From Tolypothrix carrinoi HA7290-LM1 (GTDB lineage: Bacteria > Cyanobacteriota > Cyanobacteriia > Cyanobacteriales > Nostocaceae), in NCBI GenBank assembly GCA_019358935.1, contig JAHHIK010000074.1, forward strand, positions 1 through 41,008: a DNA stretch of 41,008 nucleotides, in the 5' to 3' direction. This document shows, piece by piece, positions 9,715 through 20,486 of this stretch. The notes beneath the pieces were generated by a model. That model was not told where the DNA came from. It was given only the letters and a program-made list of their open reading frames with translations, and did no database searches. Each line of letters starts with the position of its first letter. Within the stretch, counting starts at the first letter, position 1. A program made the position numbers and the translations under genes.

Positions 9715-10797
9715 GTGCAAAATAGCATGTCAGTGGCAGAATTGAATCCATATATACAACGAAACCAGCCACGACCGATCCGCATAGGCGTGATTGGGGT
9801 GGGTAATATGGGACAACATCACACGCGTGTACTCAGTTCAATGAAAGACGTTGAACTGGTGGGGGTGTCAGATATTAATGTTGAGCGAGGGTTAGAAACC
9901 GCCAGTAAATATAAGGTGCGTTTCTTTGAAGATTACTGTGACTTACTGCCTCATGTAGATGCAGTTTGTGTCGCGGTTCCCACCCGCTTGCATTATGCCG
10001 TCGGCATCAACTGTCTTTTGGCAGGAATTCATGTTTTGATGGAAAAGCCGATCGCCGCGAGCATTTCTGAGGCAGAATCCTTAGTAAATGCCGCTGCTGA
10101 ATCTCAATGTATCCTGCAAGTAGGTCACATTGAGCGCTTTAGTCCAGCTTTCCAAGAATTGAGCAAAGTGCTGAAAACAGAGGAAGTGCTGGCTCTAGAA
10201 GCTCACCGCATGAATCCTTACTCAGACCGGGCAAACGATGTGTCAGTTGTGTTGGATCTGATGATCCACGACATTGACCTACTTTTAGAATTAGCCGCAT
10301 CCCCAGTAGTGAAGTTGACGGCTAGTGGTAGTCGCGCCCAAGACTCTGGCTATTTAGATTATGTCACAGCTACCTTGGGGTTTGCTAATGGCATTGTCGC
10401 TACCCTCACAGCCAGCAAAATCACTCACCGTAAAATTCGCCGCATTTCTGCTCATTGCAAAAACTCGTTTACAGAAGCAGATTTTCTTAAAAATGAAATT
10501 TTGATTCATCGGCACAGTATTGCCAATTCAATGATGGATCATCGACAAGTCTTTTACAAGCAGGATGGTTTAATAGAACAAGTCTACACCAGTAATATTG
10601 ATAAGCTCGGTGCAGAATTAGAGCATTTTGTCAACTGCGTACATGGTGGCAATCAACCTTCAGTTGGTGGCGAACAAGCGCTAAAAGCTCTCAGATTAGC
10701 AAGTTTAATTGAACAAATGGCTTTGGAAGATAAAGTTTGGAATCCATTAGAGTGGCAATCTGAACATTTGGTGCAATCATTGTCTCCTACAGTTTAA
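9715..10797 (+). CDS. Gfo/Idh/MocA family oxidoreductase
   Basis: GVIGVGNMG Rossmann motif, HVLMEKP and DLMIHD. GTG start follows GAGGAG. Confidence 0.9.
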   Translation: MQNSMSVAELNPYIQRNQPRPIRIGVIGVGNMGQHHTRVLSSMKDVELVGVSDINVERGLETASKYKVRFFEDYCDLLPHVDAVCVAVPTRLHYAVGINCLLAGIHVLMEKPIAASISEAESLVNAAAESQCILQVGHIERFSPAFQELSKVLKTEEVLALEAHRMNPYSDRANDVSVVLDLMIHDIDLLLELAASPVVKLTASGSRAQDSGYLDYVTATLGFANGIVATLTASKITHRKIRRISAHCKNSFTEADFLKNEILIHRHSIANSMMDHRQVFYKQDGLIEQVYTSNIDKLGAELEHFVNCVHGGNQPSVGGEQALKALRLASLIEQMALEDKVWNPLEWQSEHLVQSLSPTV

Positions 10798-10852
10798 AAG
10801 GTAAAAGGTAAAAGGTAAAAGATAGAAATAACTTTTACCTTTTACTTTTTTT
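10796..10852 (+). terminator. AAAAGGT heptamer hairpin with U-tract
   Basis: (AAAAGGT)3 ... CTTTTACCTTTTACTTTTTTT immediately after the stop codon. Confidence 0.6.
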
Positions 10853-10998
10853 TGCCTTCGTGTTTTAAGGCGGAAAGTGCAAATTTTATTGCCGCATCAA
10901 AATATTTAAACTCTGAAAAAATAAAATTATCAATTATTAATAAATATTAAGTTTAATTTAGCAATTAAACTGTTGTAGTAATTTTAGGAGTTGACTTC

Positions 10999-11613
10999 AT
11001 GGGAGATTGGATCAAAAATACGATTGAATCCCTAGGTTACTTGGGAATAGCGGCGCTGATGTTTGTGGAAAATCTCTTTCCCCCAATACCTTCAGAACTA
11101 ATCATGCCACTGGCGGGATATAGTGCGAATCTACCAGGAGCAAAACTCAACGTTATTGGCGTGTTTTTTGCGGGGCTATGTGGTTCTGTATTGGGAGCAT
11201 TAGTTTGGTACTACCCAGGCAAATTTTTGGGCGAAGAGCGTTTGAAAGCTTTGGCTGACAAGTATGGCAAGTGGATAACTGTATCTAGCAAAGATATCAC
11301 TAAGGCAAAACGCTGGTTTGATAGGCAAGGTAGCAAAGCGGTGTTGATTGGTCGCCTTGTGCCGGGAGTCCGCACATTAATTTCTGTGCCCGCAGGAATT
11401 AGCAATATGCCGTTGTTGCCTTTCCTATTTTACACAACTTTGGGTAGCGCTGCTTGGGTAGGTTTGCTAACATACTCTGGATACGTGTTGGGTAGTCAGT
11501 ACGAACTTGTGGACAAGTACCTTGCGCCTGTATCTAAAATCGTGCTTGGGTGTCTTGCTCTGGCATTTATTTTTTGGGTAGTCAAGCGCAAGCGAAAAAA
11601 CAGGAGAAAATGA
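10999..11613 (+). CDS. DedA family membrane protein
   Basis: ENLFPPIPSE and GRLVPGVRTLISVPAG motifs. Confidence 0.93.
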   Translation: MGDWIKNTIESLGYLGIAALMFVENLFPPIPSELIMPLAGYSANLPGAKLNVIGVFFAGLCGSVLGALVWYYPGKFLGEERLKALADKYGKWITVSSKDITKAKRWFDRQGSKAVLIGRLVPGVRTLISVPAGISNMPLLPFLFYTTLGSAAWVGLLTYSGYVLGSQYELVDKYLAPVSKIVLGCLALAFIFWVVKRKRKNRRK

Positions 11614-11821
11614 CAACAAGAGCGCTAATTGTGTAATAGCAAGCGTGAAGAGTGCCAAAAATTCGCCTACATTATCCTAAATAATGTTAACTTTTTTAAC
11701 GCATTAAGTAATTCTTGGCGTATTTCTGGCGACACCAAACGCAAGCAAAAGTTTCTGCTTGACGCATTTTTGTAAGATGAGCATGATAACTTTTAAAGCT
11801 AAGTAAAGACTAGGAGCTTTC

Positions 11822-12979
11822 ATGACAGACCAACCTTCCGCCGCTACTCCAATGAATGCCGCTGCTATCCCCATGAATAGAGTGTCGGCATCTACCCCGC
11901 TAAATGCTGCTAATAATGTTCCCAAGCCAGGTATAGGTATGGTTACAGGGAAAGCGATTCTTAGTGTTGATTTAGGTAGAACTTCCACCAAGACTTGTGT
12001 AAGTCGCGAACCGAACAATGTGATGTTCGTACCCGCTAACGTCAAGCAAATGACTATGGAACAAGTGCGTGGAGGCGTTTTTGAGGCACGCGCTACTGAC
12101 CCGTTAATGGATCTGTGGCTGGAATATCAAGGTAATGGCTATGCTGTTGGTCAACTAGCAGCAGATTTTGGAGCAAATCTCGGAGTCGGTCAATCTAAGG
12201 TTGAAGATGCACTGGTAAAAGTTTTGGCTTGTGCCGGCTACTTCAAGCTGAAAGATGAAATCTCAGTTATTCTCGGTCTGCCTTTTCTTTCTTTAGAGCA
12301 ATTTGAAAAAGAAAAAGCACAACTGATCAGTCAGGTAGGTGGTCCCCATGTGATGAACTTCCGAGGGGAATCTGTGAACCTGAATGTTAGCAAGGTTTGG
12401 GTAATGCCAGAAGGCTATGGCAGTCTTTTATGGTGTGAAGCTCAACCGAAAAAAGGACCGGGTGTTCCAGATTTTACCAAAGTTTCGGTGGCGATCGTCG
12501 ATATCGGACATCAAACTATCGATTGTTTAATGGTGGATAACTTCCGTTTCGCTCGCGGTGCTTCTAAGAGCGAAGACTTTGCGATGAGCAAGTTTTATGA
12601 AATAGTCGCCAAAGAGATTGAAGGAGCGGATAGTCAGTCTCTAGCGTTAATTTCGGCTGTGAACAAGCCCAAAGGCGATCGCTTTTATCGTCCTAGAGGT
12701 TCTAGCAAGCCTACGAATCTCGATGATTTTCTCCCCAACCTGACAGAGCAGTTTTCTCGTCAGATATGCGATCGCGTGCTAGCATGGCTGCCAGAACGTG
12801 TTACTGATGTGATTCTCACAGGCGGTGGTGGTGAGTTTTTCTGGGAAGATATGCAACGACTGCTCAAAGAAGCAAAGATTAATGCCCACCTAGCTGCTCC
12901 CTCTCGCCAAGCTAACGCTTTGGGGCAGTATATTTATGGAGAAGCACAGATTTCTTCCAGTCGCTCCGCTAGGGCTTAA
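11822..12979 (+). CDS. Chromosomal ParM/StbA-family actin-like ATPase (CorM-like)
   Basis: Actin-fold motifs VDLGRTSTK, VMPEGYG, VDIGHQT and LTGGGG. Confidence 0.88.
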   Translation: MTDQPSAATPMNAAAIPMNRVSASTPLNAANNVPKPGIGMVTGKAILSVDLGRTSTKTCVSREPNNVMFVPANVKQMTMEQVRGGVFEARATDPLMDLWLEYQGNGYAVGQLAADFGANLGVGQSKVEDALVKVLACAGYFKLKDEISVILGLPFLSLEQFEKEKAQLISQVGGPHVMNFRGESVNLNVSKVWVMPEGYGSLLWCEAQPKKGPGVPDFTKVSVAIVDIGHQTIDCLMVDNFRFARGASKSEDFAMSKFYEIVAKEIEGADSQSLALISAVNKPKGDRFYRPRGSSKPTNLDDFLPNLTEQFSRQICDRVLAWLPERVTDVILTGGGGEFFWEDMQRLLKEAKINAHLAAPSRQANALGQYIYGEAQISSSRSARA

Positions 12980-12984
12980 AACTG

Positions 12985-13494
<510 letters not shown>

Positions 13495-13535
13495 AGAGTC
13501 ATCAGGCTGTTGAGCAGAAAATGCTCTAAATAAAC

Positions 13536-13576
13536 ATCCTTAATAGTCATGGCTATTAAGGATTGTTAATTTTTTT
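13536..13576 (+). terminator. Intrinsic terminator of the parMR-like operon
   Basis: ATCCTTAATAG...CTATTAAGGAT stem followed by a T-rich run. Confidence 0.6.
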
Positions 13577-13679
13577 AGATAAAAATTATAGTTTTGCGTG
13601 GTTACGGGTGGTCAGATTCGGTGACAACTTTTACGAAGTTACCGAATCTTGCGAGAAGTTAGATACAAAAAAACATGTT

Positions 13680-13730
13680 TGTAGTAAGCACTCTTCGTGC
13701 TTAAATACAGCGCTTAAGCGTTGACTACAA
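13680..13730. repeat. GTAG-type REP doublet (GTAGTAAGCAC family)
   Basis: TGTAGTAAGCACTCTTCGTGCTTA...GACTACAA, with a related inverted copy at 19084-19132. Confidence 0.7.
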
Positions 13731-13892
13731 CATTGTGCTTTCTTTGTAGTGGGAACTTTTAGGAACACATTCACTCACTTTTGTGTCCTAATTGACTAGG
13801 GTTAACAGTACTTTTTTATATACTTAATTGTTTTTTTACATAAAAGCATGTATAAATGCTAGAATCCACAGTTGGAAAGTTAGGATACCTCA

Positions 13893-15332
13893 ATGCCAGT
13901 TCTAGCTAGCGAAATCAAGTTTGGTACAGACGGCTGGCGGGGCGTGATTGGTGATGAATTCACCTTTGAACGCCTCGCCTTAGTCGCACCAATTGCAGCG
14001 CAAGTATTATTTAACACGTATAATTCAACGGTGAATAGCCGGACAATTATTGTCGGTTACGATCGCCGATTTATGGCGGAAGATTTCGCCCGTGCTGTTG
14101 CTGATAGTGTCACGAAGATCGGATTTGATGTATTATTAAGCGAAACCTTTGCCCCAACTCCGGCTTTTAGCTGGGCGGCAAAACAACTCAATGCGTTGGG
14201 TGCGCTGGTAATTACAGCAAGTCATAATCCGGGAAAATATTTGGGCTTAAAAGTCAAGGGGGCTTTTGGGGGATCGGTACCGCCAGAAGTAACCCATGAG
14301 ATAGAAGCGCTTTTGTCTCAAGGAGTGCAAACTGCTGCAACTCCAGGCAAAATCGAAATGTTCAACCCTTGGGGCAGTTATTGTCAAGGGCTAGAAGGCA
14401 AAGTTGATATTGCCAAGATTCGAGAGGCGATAAATTCAGGTAAACTGACGGTATTCGCCGATGTGATGCATGGAGCTGCATCTGGTGGATTGGCGATGCT
14501 GCTAGGGGATCAAGTAAAAGAAATAAATAGCGATCGCGATCCGCTTTTTGGTGGTGGTGCCCCAGAACCGTTACCCAAATACATGAAGCGTCTATTTGAA
14601 GTGATGAAGACGCACCGCGAAACTAATCAAGGTTTGACGGTAGGATTAGTATTTGATGGAGATTGCGATCGCATCGCCAGTGTAGATGGTGAAGGTAACT
14701 TCCTCAGTTCACAAGTATTAATCCCGATATTAATCGACCACCTAACCTTAAGGCGCGGTTTTAAAGGTGAAATAGTCAAAACTGTTAGTGGTTCTGACTT
14801 AATTCCCCGCGTTGCCGCACTGCACAAGTTATCAATATTTGAAACAGCAGTTGGTTACAAATACATCGCCGATCGCATGTTAGTATCGCAAGTATTATTA
14901 GGCGGTGAAGAATCAGGCGGAATTGGCTATGGTAGCCACATTCCCGAACGCGATGCACTGCTATCAGCATTGTACGTACTAGAGGCAATTGTTGAATCAA
15001 AACTGGATTTAGGCGATTATTATCGTCATTTGCAAGAGCAAGCTGGTTTTGATTCAGCATACGATCGCATTGATTTACCTCTAGCAAGTATGGATGTGCG
15101 ATCGCGTCTTTTGCAACAATTGGAAAAAGAACCTTTAACAGAAATTGCCGGACTTGCAGTAATTGATTGTCAAACAATTGACGGCTACAAGTTCCGTTTA
15201 GCTGATAATAGTTGGTTGATGATTCGTTTTAGCGGAACTGAACCAGTTTTACGCTTATACTGCGAAGCGCCAACACTCGAACAAGTGCATCAAACTTTGG
15301 CTTGGGCGAAAGATTGGGCAAATTCCGTTTAA
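13893..15332 (+). CDS. Phosphoglucomutase/phosphomannomutase family protein
   Basis: FGTDGWRG, TASHNP, FDGDCDR, GGEESGG and RFSGTEP motifs. Confidence 0.95.
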   Translation: MPVLASEIKFGTDGWRGVIGDEFTFERLALVAPIAAQVLFNTYNSTVNSRTIIVGYDRRFMAEDFARAVADSVTKIGFDVLLSETFAPTPAFSWAAKQLNALGALVITASHNPGKYLGLKVKGAFGGSVPPEVTHEIEALLSQGVQTAATPGKIEMFNPWGSYCQGLEGKVDIAKIREAINSGKLTVFADVMHGAASGGLAMLLGDQVKEINSDRDPLFGGGAPEPLPKYMKRLFEVMKTHRETNQGLTVGLVFDGDCDRIASVDGEGNFLSSQVLIPILIDHLTLRRGFKGEIVKTVSGSDLIPRVAALHKLSIFETAVGYKYIADRMLVSQVLLGGEESGGIGYGSHIPERDALLSALYVLEAIVESKLDLGDYYRHLQEQAGFDSAYDRIDLPLASMDVRSRLLQQLEKEPLTEIAGLAVIDCQTIDGYKFRLADNSWLMIRFSGTEPVLRLYCEAPTLEQVHQTLAWAKDWANSV

Positions 15333-15377
15333 CAAAGTGTAGTAGCATAGACATATTTGTCTATGCTTTCACTAATT

Positions 15378-15480
15378 TAGGACTTACGCACTCCTTCATG
15401 GAAAAACGAACCGCGTTCGCCCCTGGCGTCTCCGAAGGAGAAGAAATAAGAGTTTGAGAGGTCTAACAGCGTAAGTCGTA
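15378..15480. mobile_element. MITE with TAGGACTTACGC-type terminal inverted repeats
   Basis: TAGGACTTACGC ... GCGTAAGTCGTA, with an internal small hairpin repeat CGCCCCTGGCGTCTCCGAAGGAGA. Confidence 0.7.
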
Positions 15481-15544
15481 CAATTGTTAGTTTAGTTTGC
15501 GAACAGGGAATCCTAAAGCAAACACCAGCTTGGGAGTAATTATT

Positions 15545-16129
15545 ATGGAGTTAAACAACTTCAGCCTCAGTATTTCACCAGGAACTGAATTATCTGGAGG
15601 TTATGTACAGCTAGAACATAACACCCAGTACAAGGTAGTTTTGGCTAACAAGCGTGCTATGCGTTGTGATGCCAAGCTCGAAATTGATGGCAAGCATGTG
15701 GGAACGTGGCGACTTGAAGAGTATGATTCAATTGTGCTAGAACGTCCGGCTCATGATACCGGACGATTCACGTTTTATAAGTTGGGAAGTGCTGAGGCTG
15801 CCAAAGCTGGTATTAATAAAGAGGATGCAAATATCGGCTTAGTCAAAGTTACCTTTACTCCAGAACATCAAGTTCAAACACGGACATCACCTGGTTACAG
15901 TTCACCTTCTGTAACGAGAGGTTCAATGTCAGAAGGTACAACACGTTCCTTTAGTGCTGGTGGTACGGGATTATCTGGTGAGAGTAAGCAGCAATTCAGC
16001 AATGCGACTGCTATTGATTACGATTATTCACAAGCTACTGTAATTCACCTGCGATTAGTAGCAAGAGCTGACGAACCCCGTCCTTTGACACCGTTATCGA
16101 ATCCAGTACCCCCACCGATTCACTTGTAG
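15545..16129 (+). CDS. Hypothetical beta-rich protein
   Basis: RBS GGGAG before the ATG; 194-aa ORF ending 10 bp upstream of rdgB. Confidence 0.75.
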   Translation: MELNNFSLSISPGTELSGGYVQLEHNTQYKVVLANKRAMRCDAKLEIDGKHVGTWRLEEYDSIVLERPAHDTGRFTFYKLGSAEAAKAGINKEDANIGLVKVTFTPEHQVQTRTSPGYSSPSVTRGSMSEGTTRSFSAGGTGLSGESKQQFSNATAIDYDYSQATVIHLRLVARADEPRPLTPLSNPVPPPIHL

Positions 16130-16139
16130 AAAAACGACG

Positions 16140-16763
16140 ATGACAAGACTTGTGGTTGCAACCTCAAATCCAGGTAAGTTGCGGGAAATGCAAGCTTACC
16201 TGGCTGATTTAGGTTGGGAATTGACCTTAAAACCTGAAGAATTGGAAGTTGAGGAGACAGGGGACACCTTTGCTGCAAACGCTTGTTTAAAAGCCTCTCA
16301 GGTGGCTAATTCGACAGGAAATTGGGCGATCGCCGATGACTCTGGTTTGCAAATTGATGCCCTTGGTGGCGCACCCGGAGTGTATTCTGCACGTTATGGC
16401 AAAACTGACTCTGAACGCATTGCCAGGGTATTGAGAGAATTGAAGGACGAACCGAATCGACAAGCGCAATTTGTGTGTGCAGTAGCGATCGCAAGTCCAG
16501 ATGGAGCGATCGCCCCTGGCGATGGCTCCGCCAACGCGCTACAATCTGAAGGTGTTTGTCGTGGCGAAATTCTCTCTTCTCCCCGTGGTAATGGTGGTTT
16601 CGGCTACGACCCAATTTTTTATGTTCCAGAAAAACAATTAACCTTTGCGGAGATGACACCAGACTTGAAACGGTCAATTAGTCATCGAGGCAAAGCAATT
16701 GAGGCTTTACTTCCGCAACTAAAGAAAGTTAGGAGGCGCGGAGTTATGAGTTATGAGTTATGA
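16140..16763 (+). CDS. rdgB: RdgB/HAM1 non-canonical purine NTP pyrophosphatase
   Basis: ATSNPGKLRE, ADDSGL, GFGYDPIF and SHRG motifs. It has an 8-aa insertion and a C-terminus that runs into STRR. Confidence 0.94.
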   Translation: MTRLVVATSNPGKLREMQAYLADLGWELTLKPEELEVEETGDTFAANACLKASQVANSTGNWAIADDSGLQIDALGGAPGVYSARYGKTDSERIARVLRELKDEPNRQAQFVCAVAIASPDGAIAPGDGSANALQSEGVCRGEILSSPRGNGGFGYDPIFYVPEKQLTFAEMTPDLKRSISHRGKAIEALLPQLKKVRRRGVMSYEL

Positions 16764-16948
16764 GTTATGAGTTATGAGTTATGAGTTAAGAATTAGGAGT
16801 TAAGAATTAGGAGTTATGAGTTATGAGTTATGAATTTTAATTTTTAACTCCTACTCCTAACTTCTAACTCCTCACTCCTAACTTCTAAATCCTCACTCCT
16901 AACTCCTCACTCCTCACTCCTAACTCTTAATTCCTAACTCCTAACTTT
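16740..16948. repeat. STRR hairpin array (TTATGAG / CTCCTAA) between convergent rdgB and glnB
   Basis: Tandem heptamers with complementary arms around an AT-rich loop. Confidence 0.9.
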
Positions 16949-16949
16949 T

Positions 16950-17300
<351 letters not shown>

Positions 17301-17481
17301 TTACTTCTAATAGCTTCGTTTATCTATCTAAGCAGATCATCTATCTAACGCTTAAAAAAGCAGCTCTCTTGATTTTTATCCTCAAATTAGCATTTTTTCG
17401 GTATTTTTCGTCATAAAAAGGAAAATTGTCCATTTTTGAGCAGTTTTGCGGAGATATTCAACAGAGTAGATTTAAGCTATT

Positions 17482-18066
17482 TTACCGAGTTTGATGCTCA
17501 AAAAACGGACGTACAATTACATACCCAACGCCAAAAGCTGTAAGTATGATTAATAAAATGGCAATGACTAACGACCAAGCACTGAATTGTTTCGGCTCTG
17601 GTTCACTATCGGGATAATAGCGTACATCTTCCTCTTCTATGAAAACTGGTTCGGGTATTGGGGGAGAGAAGTCTGAACTGCCGAAACCGTCAGGCACATT
17701 TTCTGGGACTGCGGGTGAATAAAGACGAGAAACCTGCTGTTGTGGTACTTGATTTACGGGATGTCTGGTTTGACTTTTTAAATCGCCATTCGCGTGAGGA
17801 ATTTGGTTATGCTTAGTCGCAGGTGAGGTATGAACCAAATTTTGCAGGTGTGAAAAAGACTGAACAACTTTGGTAATTTCTTGTCGGAGTAGTTGATTTT
17901 CCTGCACTAATTGTTTATTTTGGGCGGTGAGTGCATCTAACATTGCCTCTGCTGCTTGCAATTCTCCTGCCAAATCTCGGTATACAGATAGTGGTACAGA
18001 GGGAGAATAGGCTTTAGGGTTTGCTGTAGATGTATCACTGGGAATAGAACCTGTGCTTGTTCGCAT
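17482..18066 (-). CDS. Hypothetical coiled-coil protein with C-terminal TM anchor
   Basis: PSVPLSVYRDLA + coiled coil; C-terminal hydrophobic helix. Confidence 0.8.
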   Translation of the reverse strand: MRTSTGSIPSDTSTANPKAYSPSVPLSVYRDLAGELQAAEAMLDALTAQNKQLVQENQLLRQEITKVVQSFSHLQNLVHTSPATKHNQIPHANGDLKSQTRHPVNQVPQQQVSRLYSPAVPENVPDGFGSSDFSPPIPEPVFIEEEDVRYYPDSEPEPKQFSAWSLVIAILLIILTAFGVGYVIVRPFFEHQTR

Positions 18067-18249
18067 CGGTAGTTTAGTATCAAAAATGAATGTAATTAGA
18101 TTATTCGGAACTGCTATCAGAAAGAGTCAGCCCGGAAACTATGCCCAAGAATAATAGAAAAATGCCCACAAGAGCAAAGAATTTTTCTTTACATTTTTTA
18201 ATGAAGGACATACGCAAAGTGGGGAGGCTGGGGAAGATGAGGGAATTTG

Positions 18250-19071
18250 TTAATTTTTTAACAATGGGAAAAAATGTCCTACAGGACCTTGCCCTTTGCC
18301 TATATCTAAAGCGTGAGATAGTGCAGTAGTAAGGTAATTTTTTGCTTGTTGCACCGCTGCGAACAAGTCTTTTCCCATTGCTAGATTAGCAGCGATCGCC
18401 GCCGATAAAGTACAACCAGTACCGTGGGTATTTTCTGTATCAACTTGCAAAGTTGATAAAGTTTCCAGATTTTGCCCATCAAAGTAGATATCAACACCTC
18501 GCAAATTCTCTTTCATCCCTCCACCCTTAACTAAAACAGCTTTCGCCCTCAATTCGCGATGAATGATTTGCGCTGCTGCTTTCATCTCATCCAGGGTGTT
18601 AATCTCTAAGTTAGTTAAAATCTGTGCTTCATAGCGATTTGGCGTGACAATTATCGCTTTGGGGATGAGAAGATGGCTTATAGTCTGCACGGCATCATCA
18701 GAAATCAATTGCGCCCCGGTGCGTGATACCATTACAGGATCGACTACTAAGTTATCGATTTGTAAAGTTTCTACTTCTTGGGCAACAGCGGCAATGATTT
18801 CCTGGTTAAGTAACATTCCCGTTTTCGCTGCTTGCACGCCAATATCTTCAACTACGGCGTGAATTTGGGCGATAACAGCTTCTTTTGGCATTGCATCAAC
18901 CCGTGCCACTCCTACAGTATTCTGTGCTGTAACGCAGGTAATTGCGCTAGTACCGTGGACGCAGTGAAAAGCAAAGGTGCGTAAATCAGCTTGAATTCCT
19001 GCACCTCCACCGCTATCTGAACCAGCGATGGTTAATGCAACAGGTGTTTTGGATGTTGTTTGGGTGTTCAT
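18250..19071 (-). CDS. thiD: Hydroxymethylpyrimidine/phosphomethylpyrimidine kinase
   Basis: TIAGSDSGGGAGIQAD, VVDPVM and THGTGCT motifs. Confidence 0.96.
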   Translation of the reverse strand: MNTQTTSKTPVALTIAGSDSGGGAGIQADLRTFAFHCVHGTSAITCVTAQNTVGVARVDAMPKEAVIAQIHAVVEDIGVQAAKTGMLLNQEIIAAVAQEVETLQIDNLVVDPVMVSRTGAQLISDDAVQTISHLLIPKAIIVTPNRYEAQILTNLEINTLDEMKAAAQIIHRELRAKAVLVKGGGMKENLRGVDIYFDGQNLETLSTLQVDTENTHGTGCTLSAAIAANLAMGKDLFAAVQQAKNYLTTALSHALDIGKGQGPVGHFFPLLKN

Positions 19072-19222
19072 AATGCAGGAATTGTAGTAAGCAGTTTAGT
19101 GCTTATTTTAAGCACGAAGAGTGCTTACTACGAAAGAAGTTTATAGCTGATTTCAGCTGGCAAAATGTTAAGGGAAACTGTAACTTACTTGTGCTGTCCC
19201 AATTATCAGGAAATATTAGCTA

Positions 19223-20146
19223 ATGCCTTACTTGACATCAGTCGGCGAAATTCGTTCTCTTGTTGCCGAATATACCAATAGCCCAACTTTATGGATAGAT
19301 ACAGAAGTAGCTGATTATAAAAGTAAAAAACCGAGATTATCGCTGATTCAGGTATTAGATGATGCCAAAGATATGAGTGGCGATCGCGTTTACCTTTTGG
19401 ATGTATTAAATCAACCCGATATCGTCGCTGACTTTATTAGCCAAATTATGCTAAATCCTTCTATTGAAAAAGTCTTTCACAATGCTAGCTATGATTTAAA
19501 ACTTCTTGGTAATAAAAAAGCTAAAAATATTACTTGTACTTTAGAAATGGCAAAAAAAATTCCTTACTATATATTGCCATTATCCAACTATCAACTCAAA
19601 ACTTTAGCTGTGGAACTTTGTAACTTTAACAATATTGACAAACAAGAACAAAGTAGCAATTGGGGCAAACGACCCCTAAGCGAAGAACAAATAGAATATG
19701 CTTATTTGGACTGCATTTATCTTGCTCAAGTTCACAAACGTTTGATAGAATTAAGTCAAGAAATTAGCCCTGACCCAGCAAAAGAAGATTTAATATCACT
19801 CGCAGCTAGATATCAGCAGGTTGAGCAAGAATCTAAACTGGTAAATTCCGAGTTTGAACATCTGCAAGAACGAGTTAAACAAGCGATGCAAGCTCATAAG
19901 TTATCGGAAACCTCAGATTTTAAACTTACTAGCTACGAACGGGAAACTGTGAAAGTGCCGTTTAGAGAACTGGTAAAGCTAGTACAAACTGAAGGTATTA
20001 ATTTAGATTTTCCCATTACACTGACGAAGAAACTAAAGACAGATTTAGGAGAAAATATCGAACAATTATCTGTAGATGCAGAAAAAACAACTTCATGGCG
20101 ATTGACTCCTAAAAGCCAGATGGATGATATTGAGGAGGAATTTTAA
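19223..20146 (+). CDS. RNase D-like DEDD 3'-5' exonuclease with C-terminal coiled-coil domain
   Basis: WIDTE, KVFHNASYD and SNWGKRPLSEEQIEYAYLD motifs. Confidence 0.85.
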   Translation: MPYLTSVGEIRSLVAEYTNSPTLWIDTEVADYKSKKPRLSLIQVLDDAKDMSGDRVYLLDVLNQPDIVADFISQIMLNPSIEKVFHNASYDLKLLGNKKAKNITCTLEMAKKIPYYILPLSNYQLKTLAVELCNFNNIDKQEQSSNWGKRPLSEEQIEYAYLDCIYLAQVHKRLIELSQEISPDPAKEDLISLAARYQQVEQESKLVNSEFEHLQERVKQAMQAHKLSETSDFKLTSYERETVKVPFRELVKLVQTEGINLDFPITLTKKLKTDLGENIEQLSVDAEKTTSWRLTPKSQMDDIEEEF

Positions 20147-20149
20147 TTT

Positions 20150-20190
20150 AGATTCCCGACTTCTCGCTGAAAGTTGGGAATCTGGTTTTT
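20150..20190 (+). terminator. Hairpin/terminator
   Basis: AGATTCCCGACTT...AAGTTGGGAATCT followed by a T-run. Confidence 0.6.
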
Positions 20191-20214
20191 CAGTATAAGC
20201 AACAACATGAAACA

Positions 20215-20343
20215 TTGGTACTTGCTACAGAAAATACCATTTTTATGAAAATAATCGTAGAGACGTTCCGGACCGAACGTCTCTACAAAACGTTGAATTT
20301 TTGACGTGTATCAGAAAATTATCCCGGAAATATGCAACGTCTA
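20215..20343. mobile_element. Second, inverted copy of the 5268 MITE/REPIN-like element
   Basis: The reverse complement of ~20255-20343 aligns with 5268-5356, including the GTAGAGACGTTC...GAACGTCTCTAC palindrome. Confidence 0.7.
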
Positions 20344-20486
20344 ATCCTTAATTAAAGCTATTAAATATGAGGAAAGCCTGTCAATTGACTTTGCACCTCA
20401 TGGAAAAATTAGTATTATTTTTTAGTTGAAGTAATTAGATTTTGGTACTAATTTCATCCGGGCGTAATAGCGGTTTATAGTAAATT

